NCBI GenBank assembly: GCA_902526865.1
Contig: CABZMK010000002.1
Coordinates: 17,534 to 81,533, forward strand
From: an uncultured Alphaproteobacteria bacterium
Lineage (GTDB): Bacteria > Pseudomonadota > Alphaproteobacteria > Methylaequorales > Methylaequoraceae
DNA length: 64,000 bases
Direction of reading: 5' to 3'
Shown: positions 9,362-19,384 of the stretch, one piece after another
Position numbering within the stretch: position 1 is the first letter of the stretch
Layout of the letters: each line of letters opens with the position of its first letter
Position numbers and translations under genes: made by a program
Notes under the pieces: generated by a model
Seen by the model: the letters and a program-made list of their open reading frames with translations, nothing else
Databases searched by the model: none
What the model was told of the DNA's origin: nothing

Positions 9362-11143
9362 TTAGTAAACTCTTGCTTTTGGTTCAATAGTTTTTATTTC
9401 TTTAGATCTAGTCTGAAGATTAACCTTTCTAAATCTAGTCTCTGTTTTTCCGTCTTTACTAGCCCAAATTAGAGAGTGTTTAAGCCATTTTTTGTCGTCT
9501 CTTTTAGAATAATCTATTCTTGAGTGGGCCCCCCTACTTTCTTTTCTATTTAAAGCACTGTCAACGCTAACAATTGCTTGAGATAATAGGTTTTTCAATT
9601 CAAGGGCCTCTATCAATTCAGTATTCCATATCAAGCTTTGATCATTTATTTTTATATTTTTAAAATCGTTTAGAAGTGATAATAGTTTATCTTTGCCTTC
9701 TAGCATTTTTTCTTCAGACCTGTATACAGGACAAAAGTTTTGCATAGTATGCTGCATTTCAAGTCTTATTGAAGCAACACTCTTTCTTCCATTAGAATTC
9801 CTAATATTTTCGAAGTCTTCTATTAATTTATTAACTGTATGCTCTTTAATTTCAGGGTTTTTCTTTTTCCTATCAATTATACTATTGCATCTGTTGGCTG
9901 CTGACTTTCCGAACACAACTAAATCCAGTAGAGAGTTAGATCCCAATCTATTAGCTCCGTGGACTGATACACACGCTGCTTCTCCAATCGACATTAACCC
10001 AGGCACAACTACTTCTTTATCTTTAGAATCCAAATTTAGTACTTCCCCATGAATATTGGTTGGAATTCCTCCCATATTATAATGTACTGTAGGTTGTACA
10101 GGAATTGGTTTCTTAAGTACATCAACGCCAGCAAAAATTTTTGCTGATTCTGTAATTCCGGGGAGCTTTTCTTGAAGGACCTTAGGGTCGAGATGATGTA
10201 AGTTTAGATGGATATGATCTTTTCTAGAACCACACCCTCTACCTTCCATTATTTCTGTTGTCATAGATCGAGATACAACATCTCTGCTGGCTAGATCTTT
10301 AGCATTTGGTGCATATCTTTCCATAAACCTCTCCCCAGCACAGTTTGTCAAATAACCTCCTTCTCCTCTAGCACCCTCTGTTATCAAAACACCAACACCA
10401 TATATTCCTGTTGGATGAAATTGTGTAAATTCCATATCTTGAAGTGGCAAGCCTGCTCTTAGAACCATCCCACCTCCGTCTCCAGTGCAAGTGTGGGCTG
10501 AAGTACATGAAAAATAAGCTCTTCCATAGCCACCAGTTGCTAAAATTACAATTTTAGCTGAAAAAATATAAAACTCTCCATCATGCAAATTAAAAGTGAG
10601 CACCCCACAACATTCATTTTTGTCGTTCATAATTAGATCTATTGCAAAATATTCAATAAAAAAATCAGCATCATTTGAAAGGGATTGTTGATATAAAGTA
10701 TGAAGCATTGCATGGCCCGTTCTATCCGCAGCTGCACATGTTCTCTGCGCAATACCCTCTCCAAAATGAGTTGTCATACCACCAAATGGCCTTTGGTAAA
10801 TTTTTCCTTTTTCTGTTCTGGAAAATGGGACACCAAAGTGTTCAAGTTCAATGACAGCCTCTGGCGCTTCTTTACACATAAAGGCAATTGCATCCTGATC
10901 ACCAAGCCAGTCCGAGCCTTTGACAGTATCATACATATGCCATTTCCAGTCATCCTCACCCATATTGCCAAGTGCAGCACTTATTCCTCCCTGAGCGGCA
11001 ACTGTATGACTTCTTGTTGGAAAAACTTTTGATACACAAGCGGTTTTCAATCCATGAGACGCACATCCCATAACCGCTCTTAGTCCAGAGCCGCCTGCGC
11101 CGACTACAACAACATCAAAATTATGTGTTTTAATATTATTCAT
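9362..11143 (-). CDS. sdhA: Succinate dehydrogenase flavoprotein subunit
   Basis: Contains [15 protein letters not shown], the covalent-FAD His region SHTVAAQGG, and HPTG. Confidence 0.97.
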   Translation of the reverse strand: MNNIKTHNFDVVVVGAGGSGLRAVMGCASHGLKTACVSKVFPTRSHTVAAQGGISAALGNMGEDDWKWHMYDTVKGSDWLGDQDAIAFMCKEAPEAVIELEHFGVPFSRTEKGKIYQRPFGGMTTHFGEGIAQRTCAAADRTGHAMLHTLYQQSLSNDADFFIEYFAIDLIMNDKNECCGVLTFNLHDGEFYIFSAKIVILATGGYGRAYFSCTSAHTCTGDGGGMVLRAGLPLQDMEFTQFHPTGIYGVGVLITEGARGEGGYLTNCAGERFMERYAPNAKDLASRDVVSRSMTTEIMEGRGCGSRKDHIHLNLHHLDPKVLQEKLPGITESAKIFAGVDVLKKPIPVQPTVHYNMGGIPTNIHGEVLNLDSKDKEVVVPGLMSIGEAACVSVHGANRLGSNSLLDLVVFGKSAANRCNSIIDRKKKNPEIKEHTVNKLIEDFENIRNSNGRKSVASIRLEMQHTMQNFCPVYRSEEKMLEGKDKLLSLLNDFKNIKINDQSLIWNTELIEALELKNLLSQAIVSVDSALNRKESRGAHSRIDYSKRDDKKWLKHSLIWASKDGKTETRFRKVNLQTRSKEIKTIEPKARVY

Positions 11144-11475
11144 AAATTCAACTTTACTAAACTAAATATTGTTATAAAAAAAAGAACTACAAAGAAAAAG
11201 TTTTTAATTAAAATTATTTTTCGTTTTAAGCATGCCTCATGAATATAATCATCTATTATTGACGAGAGCCCAATATTTGAATGCAATATGATTGCAGAAA
11301 GCATTACTAAAACCGAAAATGAATTTAAATAGTTTTTGAACCATCCCGTAATCACGTCATAGTTGTGAAGTTCTAGGCCATATAAAGAATAGACTGTATA
11401 AAAGGATGCAATTAAAAACAAAATTGCAAAAATTTTTTGAAATAACCATTTTGATGTGTAGGTAAAATTCATCAA
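11140..11475 (-). CDS. sdhD: Succinate dehydrogenase hydrophobic membrane anchor subunit
   Basis: 111-aa protein with three transmembrane segments between sdhC and sdhA. It shares 4-nt overlaps with both neighbours. Confidence 0.8.
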   Translation of the reverse strand: MMNFTYTSKWLFQKIFAILFLIASFYTVYSLYGLELHNYDVITGWFKNYLNSFSVLVMLSAIILHSNIGLSSIIDDYIHEACLKRKIILIKNFFFVVLFFITIFSLVKLNL

Positions 11476-11855
11476 AACAGCCCCAATAACCTAGAAATAA
11501 AAATGCTGGAAATGAATGAAGTGGCGATAATAATATATCCGAAAATTGCTGAAGATCTATTTCCAAGAAGAAAACCAAAGTCCCAAATTATATGACGAAT
11601 ACCATTTAAAAAATGGTATGAAAAACCTAGAATCGCTAAAAATATTATAATTTTTATTGGAAAAGAATTTATTAAAGAAATTAATAAATCAAAGTAACTC
11701 TCTCCCAAAGTGATACAGAGGAGACCAAGTACTAAAATTACCAACACAAAGTTTAATGCTACACCAGAGATTCTGTGAGAAATTGAGAGCAAAGACGTAA
11801 TTTGGGGTTTGTAAATTTGCAGATGAGGTGAAAGAGGGAGGTCTTGTTTTTTCAT
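11472..11855 (-). CDS. sdhC: Succinate dehydrogenase cytochrome b556 subunit
   Basis: Contains the RPLSPHLQIYK-type motif (LPLSPHLQIYKPQITS). Membrane protein of 127 aa. Confidence 0.85.
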   Translation of the reverse strand: MKKQDLPLSPHLQIYKPQITSLLSISHRISGVALNFVLVILVLGLLCITLGESYFDLLISLINSFPIKIIIFLAILGFSYHFLNGIRHIIWDFGFLLGNRSSAIFGYIIIATSFISSIFISRLLGLF

Positions 11856-12892
11856 TTTATAGGTATTAAAACAGAATATTCTAAGTCAAGGACTATATTA
11901 TCAGTAAGATTTTTTTTGTCTGGAAAATTCATTTTTGAATCGTTTTTCGATGCTAAAGTTCGGATCATCATCGCACCAATATTTTTATGGATAATTTCTT
12001 TCTCCAAAATCTTTGACCAAGCGTATATGGTATCACCAGCAAAGGTTGGAGCGGAATGCTTTCCTGAATGAATTGCTGCCAGCTTAAAAGTATTTGCAAG
12101 ACCATTACAACTAATCGCTCTTGCAAGAGATATTATATAACCACCATATATTATTCTCTTTCCAAATCTTCCAGATTTTTCAATATGCTGATTGAAATGA
12201 ACTCTGGCATTATTTTGATAAAGACGAGTAGCTATCTGATGTTCTGCTTCCTCAATTGTCTGACCATCCAAATGATGTATTTCTTCTTCTTCTGCATAGT
12301 CATTAAAATAAAAATTACTTCCAGACACTGAAGATGACCATTTATCAATGTCAAAATTTTCAATTAGATTAAAATCTTTGGTTTTAACTTTATCTGGTAG
12401 ATCAGGAATAGTATTTTGGAATGATTTTATCATACCCTCATTTTTTTTCCTCATCATAAGCCATCTGTAATAAGTTAAAACAATTTCATCATTTTGATTT
12501 TTACCTACTGATTCTACATAAACAGTTCCAGTTTTTCCATTCGAGTTTTCTTTTAATCCAATAATTTTGGAGCTTGCATTTAAAGTGTCCCCTACAAACG
12601 CAGGTTTATGAAATTTAACGCCAGCGTACCCTAAATTTGCTATCGCATTCAGGGATAAATCAGGGACCGTTCTTCCAAAAACCATATGAAACAACAAAAT
12701 ATCATCTATTGGGATTTTTTTAAGTCCTAAAGTTTTTGAAAATTCAGCTGAATAATTCAAAGGAAATCTACTTCCAGTTGCACTAAGATAAATTGCGACA
12801 TCGCCATCAGTAATTGTTCTTGGAACACTGTGATTAATTTCTTCATTTAATTTATAATCTTCGAAATATCGACTTTTAAAGTTTTTTTTCAT
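11852..12892 (-). CDS. Double MaoC-like (hotdog) dehydratase, mesaconyl-CoA / 2-methylfumaryl-CoA hydratase-like
   Basis: 346 aa with two MaoC-dehydratase-like halves, each ending in a (F/T)xGDT(L/I) motif (PAFVGDTL, PTFAGDTIYA). It overlaps the sdhC start by 4 nt. Substrate is not assignable from sequence. Confidence 0.6.
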   Translation of the reverse strand: MKKNFKSRYFEDYKLNEEINHSVPRTITDGDVAIYLSATGSRFPLNYSAEFSKTLGLKKIPIDDILLFHMVFGRTVPDLSLNAIANLGYAGVKFHKPAFVGDTLNASSKIIGLKENSNGKTGTVYVESVGKNQNDEIVLTYYRWLMMRKKNEGMIKSFQNTIPDLPDKVKTKDFNLIENFDIDKWSSSVSGSNFYFNDYAEEEEIHHLDGQTIEEAEHQIATRLYQNNARVHFNQHIEKSGRFGKRIIYGGYIISLARAISCNGLANTFKLAAIHSGKHSAPTFAGDTIYAWSKILEKEIIHKNIGAMMIRTLASKNDSKMNFPDKKNLTDNIVLDLEYSVLIPIK

Positions 12893-12894
12893 TT

Positions 12895-13908
12895 CTATTT
12901 AATTTTATTTTTAATAATTAACTCCGCAATTTGAACTGTATTTAAAGCAGCGCCTTTCCTTAAATTATCTGCAACGACCCATAAGCCAATTGTTTTTTTA
13001 TTTGCTCCTAATCTTAATCTACTAATAAACACATCATCCTCTCCAGCTGATTCATCAGGAGTTACGTATCCTCCATCTATTTTTTTATCAACTAAAGATA
13101 ATCCGGGGAACTTTTTAATACTAGATATAAGTTTTTTAAGATCAATTGTTTTTTCTGTTTCTACATAAATAGCTTCACCGTGACCAACAAAAACTGGAAC
13201 TCTGACACAAGTTGAGAAAATCTCAAATTTATCATTAAAAATTTTTTGAGTTTCCTCTATCATTTTTTTTTCTTCCTTTGTTGAACCGTCTTCTAAAAAC
13301 TCGTCGATATGTGGAATTAAATTAAATGCTATTTTTTTTGTAAAATTTTTGGCAATAAGTGGTTTATTTTTGTACACATCGAGAGTTTGATGAAAAAGTT
13401 CATCCATTGCAGATTTTCCTGCTCCAGAAGTTGACTGATAAGTCGCAACAATAATTTTTTTTATTTTAAAAAGATCATGTATCGGCTTGAGGGCCATAAC
13501 CATCTGAATTGTTGAGCAATTTGGGTTGGACACAATTTTTTTTTTTAAGTCAAATATATCCTTTGGATTTACTTCTGGAACAATTAAGGGTATTCCTTTT
13601 TTCATTCTAAAATGAGACGTATTGTCAATAACAACAGCACCATCTCTGGTTGCTTTAGGCACAAACTTTGCTGAAATTTTGGAACCAGGTGACGACAAAA
13701 CTAATTCTATTTCTTTAAATTTAAATTTGTCAAGGGACTGTACCTCTAACTCTTTTCCATTTCCATAAGGTATTTTTAATCCCTCAGATCTTGAAGACGC
13801 TACTGCATAGATTTTATTAATGGGGAAATTTCTATCGTCTAGAATATTGAGTATTTCTCTCCCAACATTTCCAGTTGCACCGACAACTGCAACATTATAT
13901 TTTTTCAT
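12895..13908 (-). CDS. asd: Aspartate-semialdehyde dehydrogenase
   Basis: Contains [13 protein letters not shown] and the active-site motif NPNCSTIQM. Confidence 0.95.
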   Translation of the reverse strand: MKKYNVAVVGATGNVGREILNILDDRNFPINKIYAVASSRSEGLKIPYGNGKELEVQSLDKFKFKEIELVLSSPGSKISAKFVPKATRDGAVVIDNTSHFRMKKGIPLIVPEVNPKDIFDLKKKIVSNPNCSTIQMVMALKPIHDLFKIKKIIVATYQSTSGAGKSAMDELFHQTLDVYKNKPLIAKNFTKKIAFNLIPHIDEFLEDGSTKEEKKMIEETQKIFNDKFEIFSTCVRVPVFVGHGEAIYVETEKTIDLKKLISSIKKFPGLSLVDKKIDGGYVTPDESAGEDDVFISRLRLGANKKTIGLWVVADNLRKGAALNTVQIAELIIKNKIK

Positions 13909-15005
13909 TCTTTTATTTCCTCTAAGACTTTATCTCCCATTTCGTTGGTTGATAAAAGAATCTTATCTTCACTGTATATATCTTTTGTTCGAAATCCTTT
14001 TTCTAAAACTGATCTAACTGCATCATTAATCTTTTCTGCAATGACTTTTTTATTCAATGAGTATTCAAACATCATCCCAACACTTAAAATCATTGCCAAA
14101 GGATTAGATACTCCTTGTCCTGAGATATCCGGTGCCGAGCCGTGAACTGGTTCATACATTGCTTTTTTTTGGCCATTCGAATTGATGCCAATCGAAGCTG
14201 ACGGCAACATGCCAAGAGATCCTGTAAGCATGGATGCGCAATCAGAGAGTATGTCCCCAAACATGTTAGTTGTAACAATTACATCAAATTGTTTTGGATT
14301 TCTTACTAACTGCATTGAGGCATTATCTACATACATATGCGAAAGTTCAACTTTGGGATATTTTTTGGAAGTTTCTATCATCACTTCTCTCCATAATTCA
14401 GTTGATTCCAAAACATTTGCTTTATCGACAGAGCATAATTTTTTTGATCTAGACATGGCTGTTTCAAAAGCTACCTCTGCTATTCTCTCAATTTCTTTAC
14501 TCGTGTATACAAGCGTATTAAATCCCTTGTAGTTTTTATCATTAATTTTTTCAATTCCTCTTGGTTCTCCAAAATATATGCCGCTTGTCAATTCTCTTAT
14601 AATCAAAATGTCTAAACCTTTAATTACTTCTGGTTTTAAACTGGATGAATCAATGAGAGGGTCAAATACGATTGCAGGCCTATAATTTGCAAATAAATCT
14701 AATTCTTTTCTAATTTTAAGAAGACCTCTTTCGGGTCTTTTTTCAAAATCCATTTTTTCCCATTTTGGTCCTCCAACTGCTCCCAATAAAATAGCATCAG
14801 ATTGTCTAATTCTTTTTAATGTTTCATCCGACAAAGGAGTTCCATATTTATCAATTGATGCACCACCCACATATTCTTCATCTAAATGTATATTAAAAGT
14901 TGCTTTGCTAGAAATCCAATCAATGAGTTTTCTTGCTTCTTTTGCAATTTCCTTTCCGATTCCATCACCTGGAAGAATAGAAATATTATAAGATTCCGCT
15001 TGCAT
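13905..15005 (-). CDS. leuB: 3-isopropylmalate dehydrogenase
   Basis: Contains [11 protein letters not shown] and the NMFGDILSD motif. Confidence 0.96.
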   Translation of the reverse strand: MQAESYNISILPGDGIGKEIAKEARKLIDWISSKATFNIHLDEEYVGGASIDKYGTPLSDETLKRIRQSDAILLGAVGGPKWEKMDFEKRPERGLLKIRKELDLFANYRPAIVFDPLIDSSSLKPEVIKGLDILIIRELTSGIYFGEPRGIEKINDKNYKGFNTLVYTSKEIERIAEVAFETAMSRSKKLCSVDKANVLESTELWREVMIETSKKYPKVELSHMYVDNASMQLVRNPKQFDVIVTTNMFGDILSDCASMLTGSLGMLPSASIGINSNGQKKAMYEPVHGSAPDISGQGVSNPLAMILSVGMMFEYSLNKKVIAEKINDAVRSVLEKGFRTKDIYSEDKILLSTNEMGDKVLEEIKE

Positions 15006-15031
15006 TTTATTTAAAAATTATTTTTTTAAGA

Positions 15032-15637
15032 TCAAATCATTAACCACGATCTGGATTTGTTAAGTTTCATTTCATAATCATCAATTTTTTTTGACTTTTT
15101 AAAAGTAAGAGCAATGTCGTCTAAACCCTCTAAAAGACATTTTTTTCTAAAAGGATCTATATCAAAATTGATGTTGATTTCGCTCCCACTTGAAATTACT
15201 TGTTTTGGCAAATCAACGGTGATTAAATTTTTATCCTCTGCTTGTTTAATTAAGATATCATTTTCAGAATTGTTTACTTTTATAGGCAAAATTCCATTTT
15301 TAAAGCAATTATTAAAGAAAATATCTGCGAAACTAGGAGCTATTATGCATCTAAAACCAAAATCTAATAATGACCAAGGTGCATGTTCTCTGCTACTCCC
15401 ACAACCAAAATTGTCTCCGGTAATTAGTATTTTAGCATTTTTATAAAACTCCCAATTAAGTACAAAATCATTTTTTAAATTGCCATTAATGTCATACCTA
15501 AGTTCATGAAATAGATTTTTACCTAAACCTGATCTTTTAATAGTTTTGAGAAATTGTTTTGGAATAATCATATCTGTGTCAACATTAATCATTGAAAGTG
15601 GGGCTGCAATTGCCTGTATTTTGTCAAATTTCTTCAC
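15032..15637 (-). CDS. leuD: 3-isopropylmalate dehydratase small subunit
   Basis: Contains [15 protein letters not shown]. Confidence 0.95.
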   Translation of the reverse strand: MKKFDKIQAIAAPLSMINVDTDMIIPKQFLKTIKRSGLGKNLFHELRYDINGNLKNDFVLNWEFYKNAKILITGDNFGCGSSREHAPWSLLDFGFRCIIAPSFADIFFNNCFKNGILPIKVNNSENDILIKQAEDKNLITVDLPKQVISSGSEININFDIDPFRKKCLLEGLDDIALTFKKSKKIDDYEMKLNKSRSWLMI

Positions 15638-17032
15638 TTAGATATCTTCTACCAGGCTCAACCTGCCTTTGAGAGCCGTGGCAGCTGCAACCGCCGGACT
15701 TACAAGATGAGTTCTGCCCTCTCTACCTTGCCTCCCCTCAAAATTTCTATTTGATGTTGAAGCACACCTTTCTTTTGGTTTAAGTTGGTCGGGATTCATA
15801 GCAAGACACATCGAGCACCCTGGTTCCCTCCAGTCAAAGCCAGCATCTATGAGGATTTTATCGATACCTTCTTGTTCTGCTTGTTGTTTAACAAGTCCAG
15901 AGCCAGGAACAATCATAGAGTTGACAATTACTTTTTTACCTTCGACCACTTTCGCAACTTCCCTAAGATCCTCTATTCTTCCATTGGTACATGATCCTAT
16001 AAATACTCTATCAATTTCAATGTCTTTAATTTTTTGATTTGGAGTTAAGCCCATGTAATCTAGCGATCTTTGCACAGCGCCTCTTCTTTTAGAATCTGAA
16101 ATTTTGTTTGGGTCAGGAGTTTTGCCATTTATCGAAACCACGTCTTGTGGACTAGTTCCCCAAGTAACTTGAGGTTCTATAGAACTTGCTTTAATTTTTA
16201 CCTCTTTGTCATAAATTGCATCCGGTTCTGATGTGAGACTTTTCCAATATTTGATTGCTTTAGTCCAGTTCTCTGCTGTGGGGGCATACGGTCTACCTTT
16301 TATATATTCAAATGTTTTCTCATCCGGAGCAATTAGACCAGCTCTCGCCCCAGCCTCAATACTCATATTACAAATGGTCATTCTACCTTCCATTGTCAGT
16401 TTTGAAATGGCTTCGCCAGAATATTCAATTACAAAACCAGTCCCGCCAGCAGTCCCAACCTCTCCAATTATTTTCAAAATGATGTCCTTGGAAGTAATGC
16501 TAGGACTCACATTTCCAGTAACGCTGATTCTCATATTTTTTGCTGGTTTTTGGATCAATGTTTGAGTTGCTAAAACGTGTTCAACTTCGCTTGTTCCAAT
16601 ACCGAATGCCAGAGCCCCAAATGCCCCATGCGTTGCAGTATGACTATCACCGCAAACAATAGTCATGCCAGGTTGTGTTATTCCTTGTTCGGGGCCAACT
16701 ATATGAACAATTCCTTGTCGCTTATCCATTAAAGGAAAAAAGTTAACCTTGAATTCTTGGCAGTTTTTTTCTAAAGTTTCTACTTGAATTCTACTTTCTT
16801 TGTTCTTTATACCGTTGGATCTATCACTTGTAGGTACATTATGATCGGCAACAGCAAAAGTATGAGTTGGTTTTCTCACAACTCTTCCAGCATTTCTTAG
16901 TCCTTCGAAGGCTTGCGGGCTAGTCACTTCATGAACAAGATGTCTATCAATGTAAATGAGGCATGTTCCATCGTCTTGTTTTTCTACTAAATGGCTGTCC
17001 CAAATTTTATTAAATAACGTTTTAGGTTTCAT
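15638..17032 (-). CDS. leuC: 3-isopropylmalate dehydratase large subunit
   Basis: Aconitase-family motifs are present: [22 protein letters not shown]. Confidence 0.97.
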   Translation of the reverse strand: MKPKTLFNKIWDSHLVEKQDDGTCLIYIDRHLVHEVTSPQAFEGLRNAGRVVRKPTHTFAVADHNVPTSDRSNGIKNKESRIQVETLEKNCQEFKVNFFPLMDKRQGIVHIVGPEQGITQPGMTIVCGDSHTATHGAFGALAFGIGTSEVEHVLATQTLIQKPAKNMRISVTGNVSPSITSKDIILKIIGEVGTAGGTGFVIEYSGEAISKLTMEGRMTICNMSIEAGARAGLIAPDEKTFEYIKGRPYAPTAENWTKAIKYWKSLTSEPDAIYDKEVKIKASSIEPQVTWGTSPQDVVSINGKTPDPNKISDSKRRGAVQRSLDYMGLTPNQKIKDIEIDRVFIGSCTNGRIEDLREVAKVVEGKKVIVNSMIVPGSGLVKQQAEQEGIDKILIDAGFDWREPGCSMCLAMNPDQLKPKERCASTSNRNFEGRQGREGRTHLVSPAVAAATALKGRLSLVEDI

Positions 17033-17069
17033 ATAATAAATATATAACCCATAAAAAATCTAAAAAGTA

Positions 17070-17585
17070 TTATTTTTTTTCATCAACTTTTTCTTTTTCT
17101 TCTACAGAAATATTGGCGTCATTGACAATGTCCTTAGTTTTCTTATTATCATCTGATACTTTATTTAAGTTAGATTGTTTAGGAGAGGTATTGTTATTTT
17201 TTTCTAACTCTTTATTAATAGGAGATGCAACGTTCTTTTCAGCTATCCTAGCTGATTTACCACTTCTTTTTCTAAGATAGTATAGTTTTGACCTTCTTAC
17301 ACTACCAACCTTCACTACTTCAATTTTATTTATTTGGGGGGAAAACAGAGGAAGTATTCTCTCAATACCTTCACCATAAGATATTTTCCTTACCGTAAAT
17401 GAAGAATTAAGACCCGCATTTTTCTTGGCAATGCAAACACCCTCAAAAACTTGAATTCTTTCCTTTTCGCCCTCTTTAACCTTCAAGTGAACTTTAATTG
17501 TGTCACCAGAGCTAAATTTGGGAAATTTATTGTCTGATTGTAATTCTTTTAAGTGTCCTTTTTCAAATTTTTCAAGTGAGTTCAT
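17070..17585 (-). CDS. rplS: 50S ribosomal protein L19 with a C-terminal K/E/N-rich extension of about 55 aa
   Basis: The L19 core ([30 protein letters not shown]...[10 protein letters not shown]) is followed by a low-complexity tail. Confidence 0.95.
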   Translation of the reverse strand: MNSLEKFEKGHLKELQSDNKFPKFSSGDTIKVHLKVKEGEKERIQVFEGVCIAKKNAGLNSSFTVRKISYGEGIERILPLFSPQINKIEVVKVGSVRRSKLYYLRKRSGKSARIAEKNVASPINKELEKNNNTSPKQSNLNKVSDDNKKTKDIVNDANISVEEKEKVDEKK

Positions 17586-18289
17586 TTTTCCCCCTTATTC
17601 TTCTTACAGTATAGCTTGTACAAATCTGGTCTCACATTTTTAGTTTTTTCGATTGATTTTATCAATCTCCAATCTGAAATTTTTTTATGGTTTCCACTAA
17701 GAAGAACATCTGGAACATTAAGACCATTCCAATTGCTTGGTTTGGTATACTGTGGATATTCCAATAAATGGTTTTGAAAACTTTCAAATTTCAAACTATT
17801 TTTATTACCTAATACTTCAGGAATTAATCTTACGCAAGTATCAATTAAAATAATTGAGGGAATTTCTCCACCAGATAGAATAAAATCACCGATCGAATAT
17901 TCTTCTATGGCATTATATTTTAAAAATCTCTCATCAATTCCCTCATACCTTCCGCATATAATTACTAATTCATCAAACGTAACAAATTTATTGACTATGT
18001 CAGTGTTTATTGTTTGACCTCCGGGAGATAAAAATATAATTTTTTTATTTTTAATTTTATCTTTTGTTGCATAATCCAAAGCATTTTGCATAACATCAGG
18101 TTTAATTATCATTCCCGCTCCTCCGCCGAAAGGTTTTTCGTCTACAGAATTTGATTTATTGTCTGAAAAATCTCTGATATTTATAACTTCAATCTCAAAT
18201 AACTTTTTTGATAATGCTTTTCCTGAAATCGAGTGAGCTAAGGGCCCAGGAAACATTTCAGGAAATAAAGTAAGAATCTTAAATTTCAT
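17582..18289 (-). CDS. trmD: tRNA (guanine37-N1)-methyltransferase
   Basis: Contains [14 protein letters not shown] and [10 protein letters not shown]. Confidence 0.95.
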   Translation of the reverse strand: MKFKILTLFPEMFPGPLAHSISGKALSKKLFEIEVINIRDFSDNKSNSVDEKPFGGGAGMIIKPDVMQNALDYATKDKIKNKKIIFLSPGGQTINTDIVNKFVTFDELVIICGRYEGIDERFLKYNAIEEYSIGDFILSGGEIPSIILIDTCVRLIPEVLGNKNSLKFESFQNHLLEYPQYTKPSNWNGLNVPDVLLSGNHKKISDWRLIKSIEKTKNVRPDLYKLYCKKNKGEK

Positions 18290-18707
18290 AATAAGACGGA
18301 TTTAGAAAAAGCACTTTTTTTTTAATATCAATTTCTTCAATATGATCATCGTTGAAGGGTACTAATATTTCTTTTTTTTTATCTAATATTTCTAAATAAT
18401 CACCAGCTCCATGATTTTTAACGTTCATGACAATACCAACCTGGTTTTTTTTAATATATGCTTTCATATGAATAAGGTCATTGTAATAAAATTTTTTTTT
18501 ATCAAGTTTTGGCAATTCAATTCTATCTATAAAAATCATTCTTCCAGAGTATTTTTGTGCCTCTTCTGGATTACTGACAGAATTAATTTTACATAAAATC
18601 TTATTTGATTTAACTTCAAAACTAGCAATAATTTTTTCTTTTCCATCAACATAAAAATTTTTATAATTAGTAATATCTTTTTTCACTGTTAAGTAGCTAT
18701 GAATCAT
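18279..18707 (-). CDS. rimM: 16S rRNA processing protein RimM (start probably upstream at a non-canonical codon)
   Basis: Carries the PRC-barrel C-terminal part and sits in rpsP-rimM-trmD-rplS synteny. The in-frame sequence upstream of the first ATG encodes KIIVARFGKTYGVNGAIM, a RimM N-terminal signature. The true start may therefore lie at 18752-18773. Confidence 0.85.
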   Translation of the reverse strand: MIHSYLTVKKDITNYKNFYVDGKEKIIASFEVKSNKILCKINSVSNPEEAQKYSGRMIFIDRIELPKLDKKKFYYNDLIHMKAYIKKNQVGIVMNVKNHGAGDYLEILDKKKEILVPFNDDHIEEIDIKKKVLFLNPSYYEI

Positions 18708-18831
18708 TATTGCCCCGTTAACGCCATAGGTTTTCCCAAATCTTGCAACAATTATTTTTGACTTTAATGTGATGACTTGTGTTCCTAGATTTTATTTTAA
18801 TTAATAACTAAAAATAAACTCACATTAATAG

Positions 18832-19371
18832 TTATTTTGGTTCATTAGGTTTGTCTCCGGCATTTTCTGTTTTTTTTTCTTCGGAAGCATTTGGTTGTGG
18901 ATCAGCGGGTTGTGCTGCTGCTTCTGGTTTTTTTTCTCCGGAAGCATTTGGTTGTGGATCAGCGGGTTGTGCTATGGCCTCATTTTCTGTAACCGAAGTT
19001 TCTTCAACTGCATTTTTAACTTCTTGTTTTGATTTAAGTTTTTCTTCTTTTGCCTTTAATTTTTCAGTTGTTTTCTTTTTTGGTTTGTCTTGTTTGGTTT
19101 GTTTTGGAATGGAAGGTTTCTTTGCTAATCCTTCGTTAGCTAAAAACTTTGTTACCCTATCTGTAGGTTTAGCACCAACTGAAAGCCAATATTTTATTCT
19201 TTCAATATTTAAACTTATTCTTTCAGGATCATTTTTTTGTTTCATTGGATTATATGTTCCTAGTCTTTCCAGATATCTCCCGTCTCTGGGCGATCTTATA
19301 TCTGCAGCAACAATTCTGTAATAGGGTCTTTTTTTTGAACCAGCTCTTGATAATCTTAGTGAAACTGACAT
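18832..19371 (-). CDS. rpsP: 30S ribosomal protein S16 with a long C-terminal extension
   Basis: The S16 core ([24 protein letters not shown]) is followed by a K/E/P/A-rich tail of about 95 aa that contains a 19-aa tandem repeat. Confidence 0.95.
   Translation of the reverse strand: MSVSLRLSRAGSKKRPYYRIVAADIRSPRDGRYLERLGTYNPMKQKNDPERISLNIERIKYWLSVGAKPTDRVTKFLANEGLAKKPSIPKQTKQDKPKKKTTEKLKAKEEKLKSKQEVKNAVEETSVTENEAIAQPADPQPNASGEKKPEAAAQPADPQPNASEEKKTENAGDKPNEPK
18864..18977. repeat. Direct tandem duplication, 2 x 57 bp, inside the rpsP 3' region
   Basis: Copy at 18864-18920 versus copy at 18921-18977. A 35-bp core (cggaagcatttggttgtggatcagcgggttgtgct) is identical at 18882-18916 and 18939-18973. 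It encodes [11 protein letters not shown](G/E)EKK(P/T)E twice. Confidence 0.9.
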
Positions 19372-19384
19372 TGATTTTTCCTTT

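Noticed and set aside
11357-11578. 73-aa ORF spanning the sdhC/sdhD junction in another frame
   Set aside because: It overlaps two conserved membrane-subunit genes on the same strand and has no independent signal. It is an alternate-frame artefact.
18851-19321. 156-aa ORF antisense to rpsP, which also mirrors the 57-bp repeat
   Set aside because: It is the same kind of shadow ORF, lying opposite a K/E/A/P-rich tail. It has no start context and lies entirely inside a highly conserved ribosomal protein gene.
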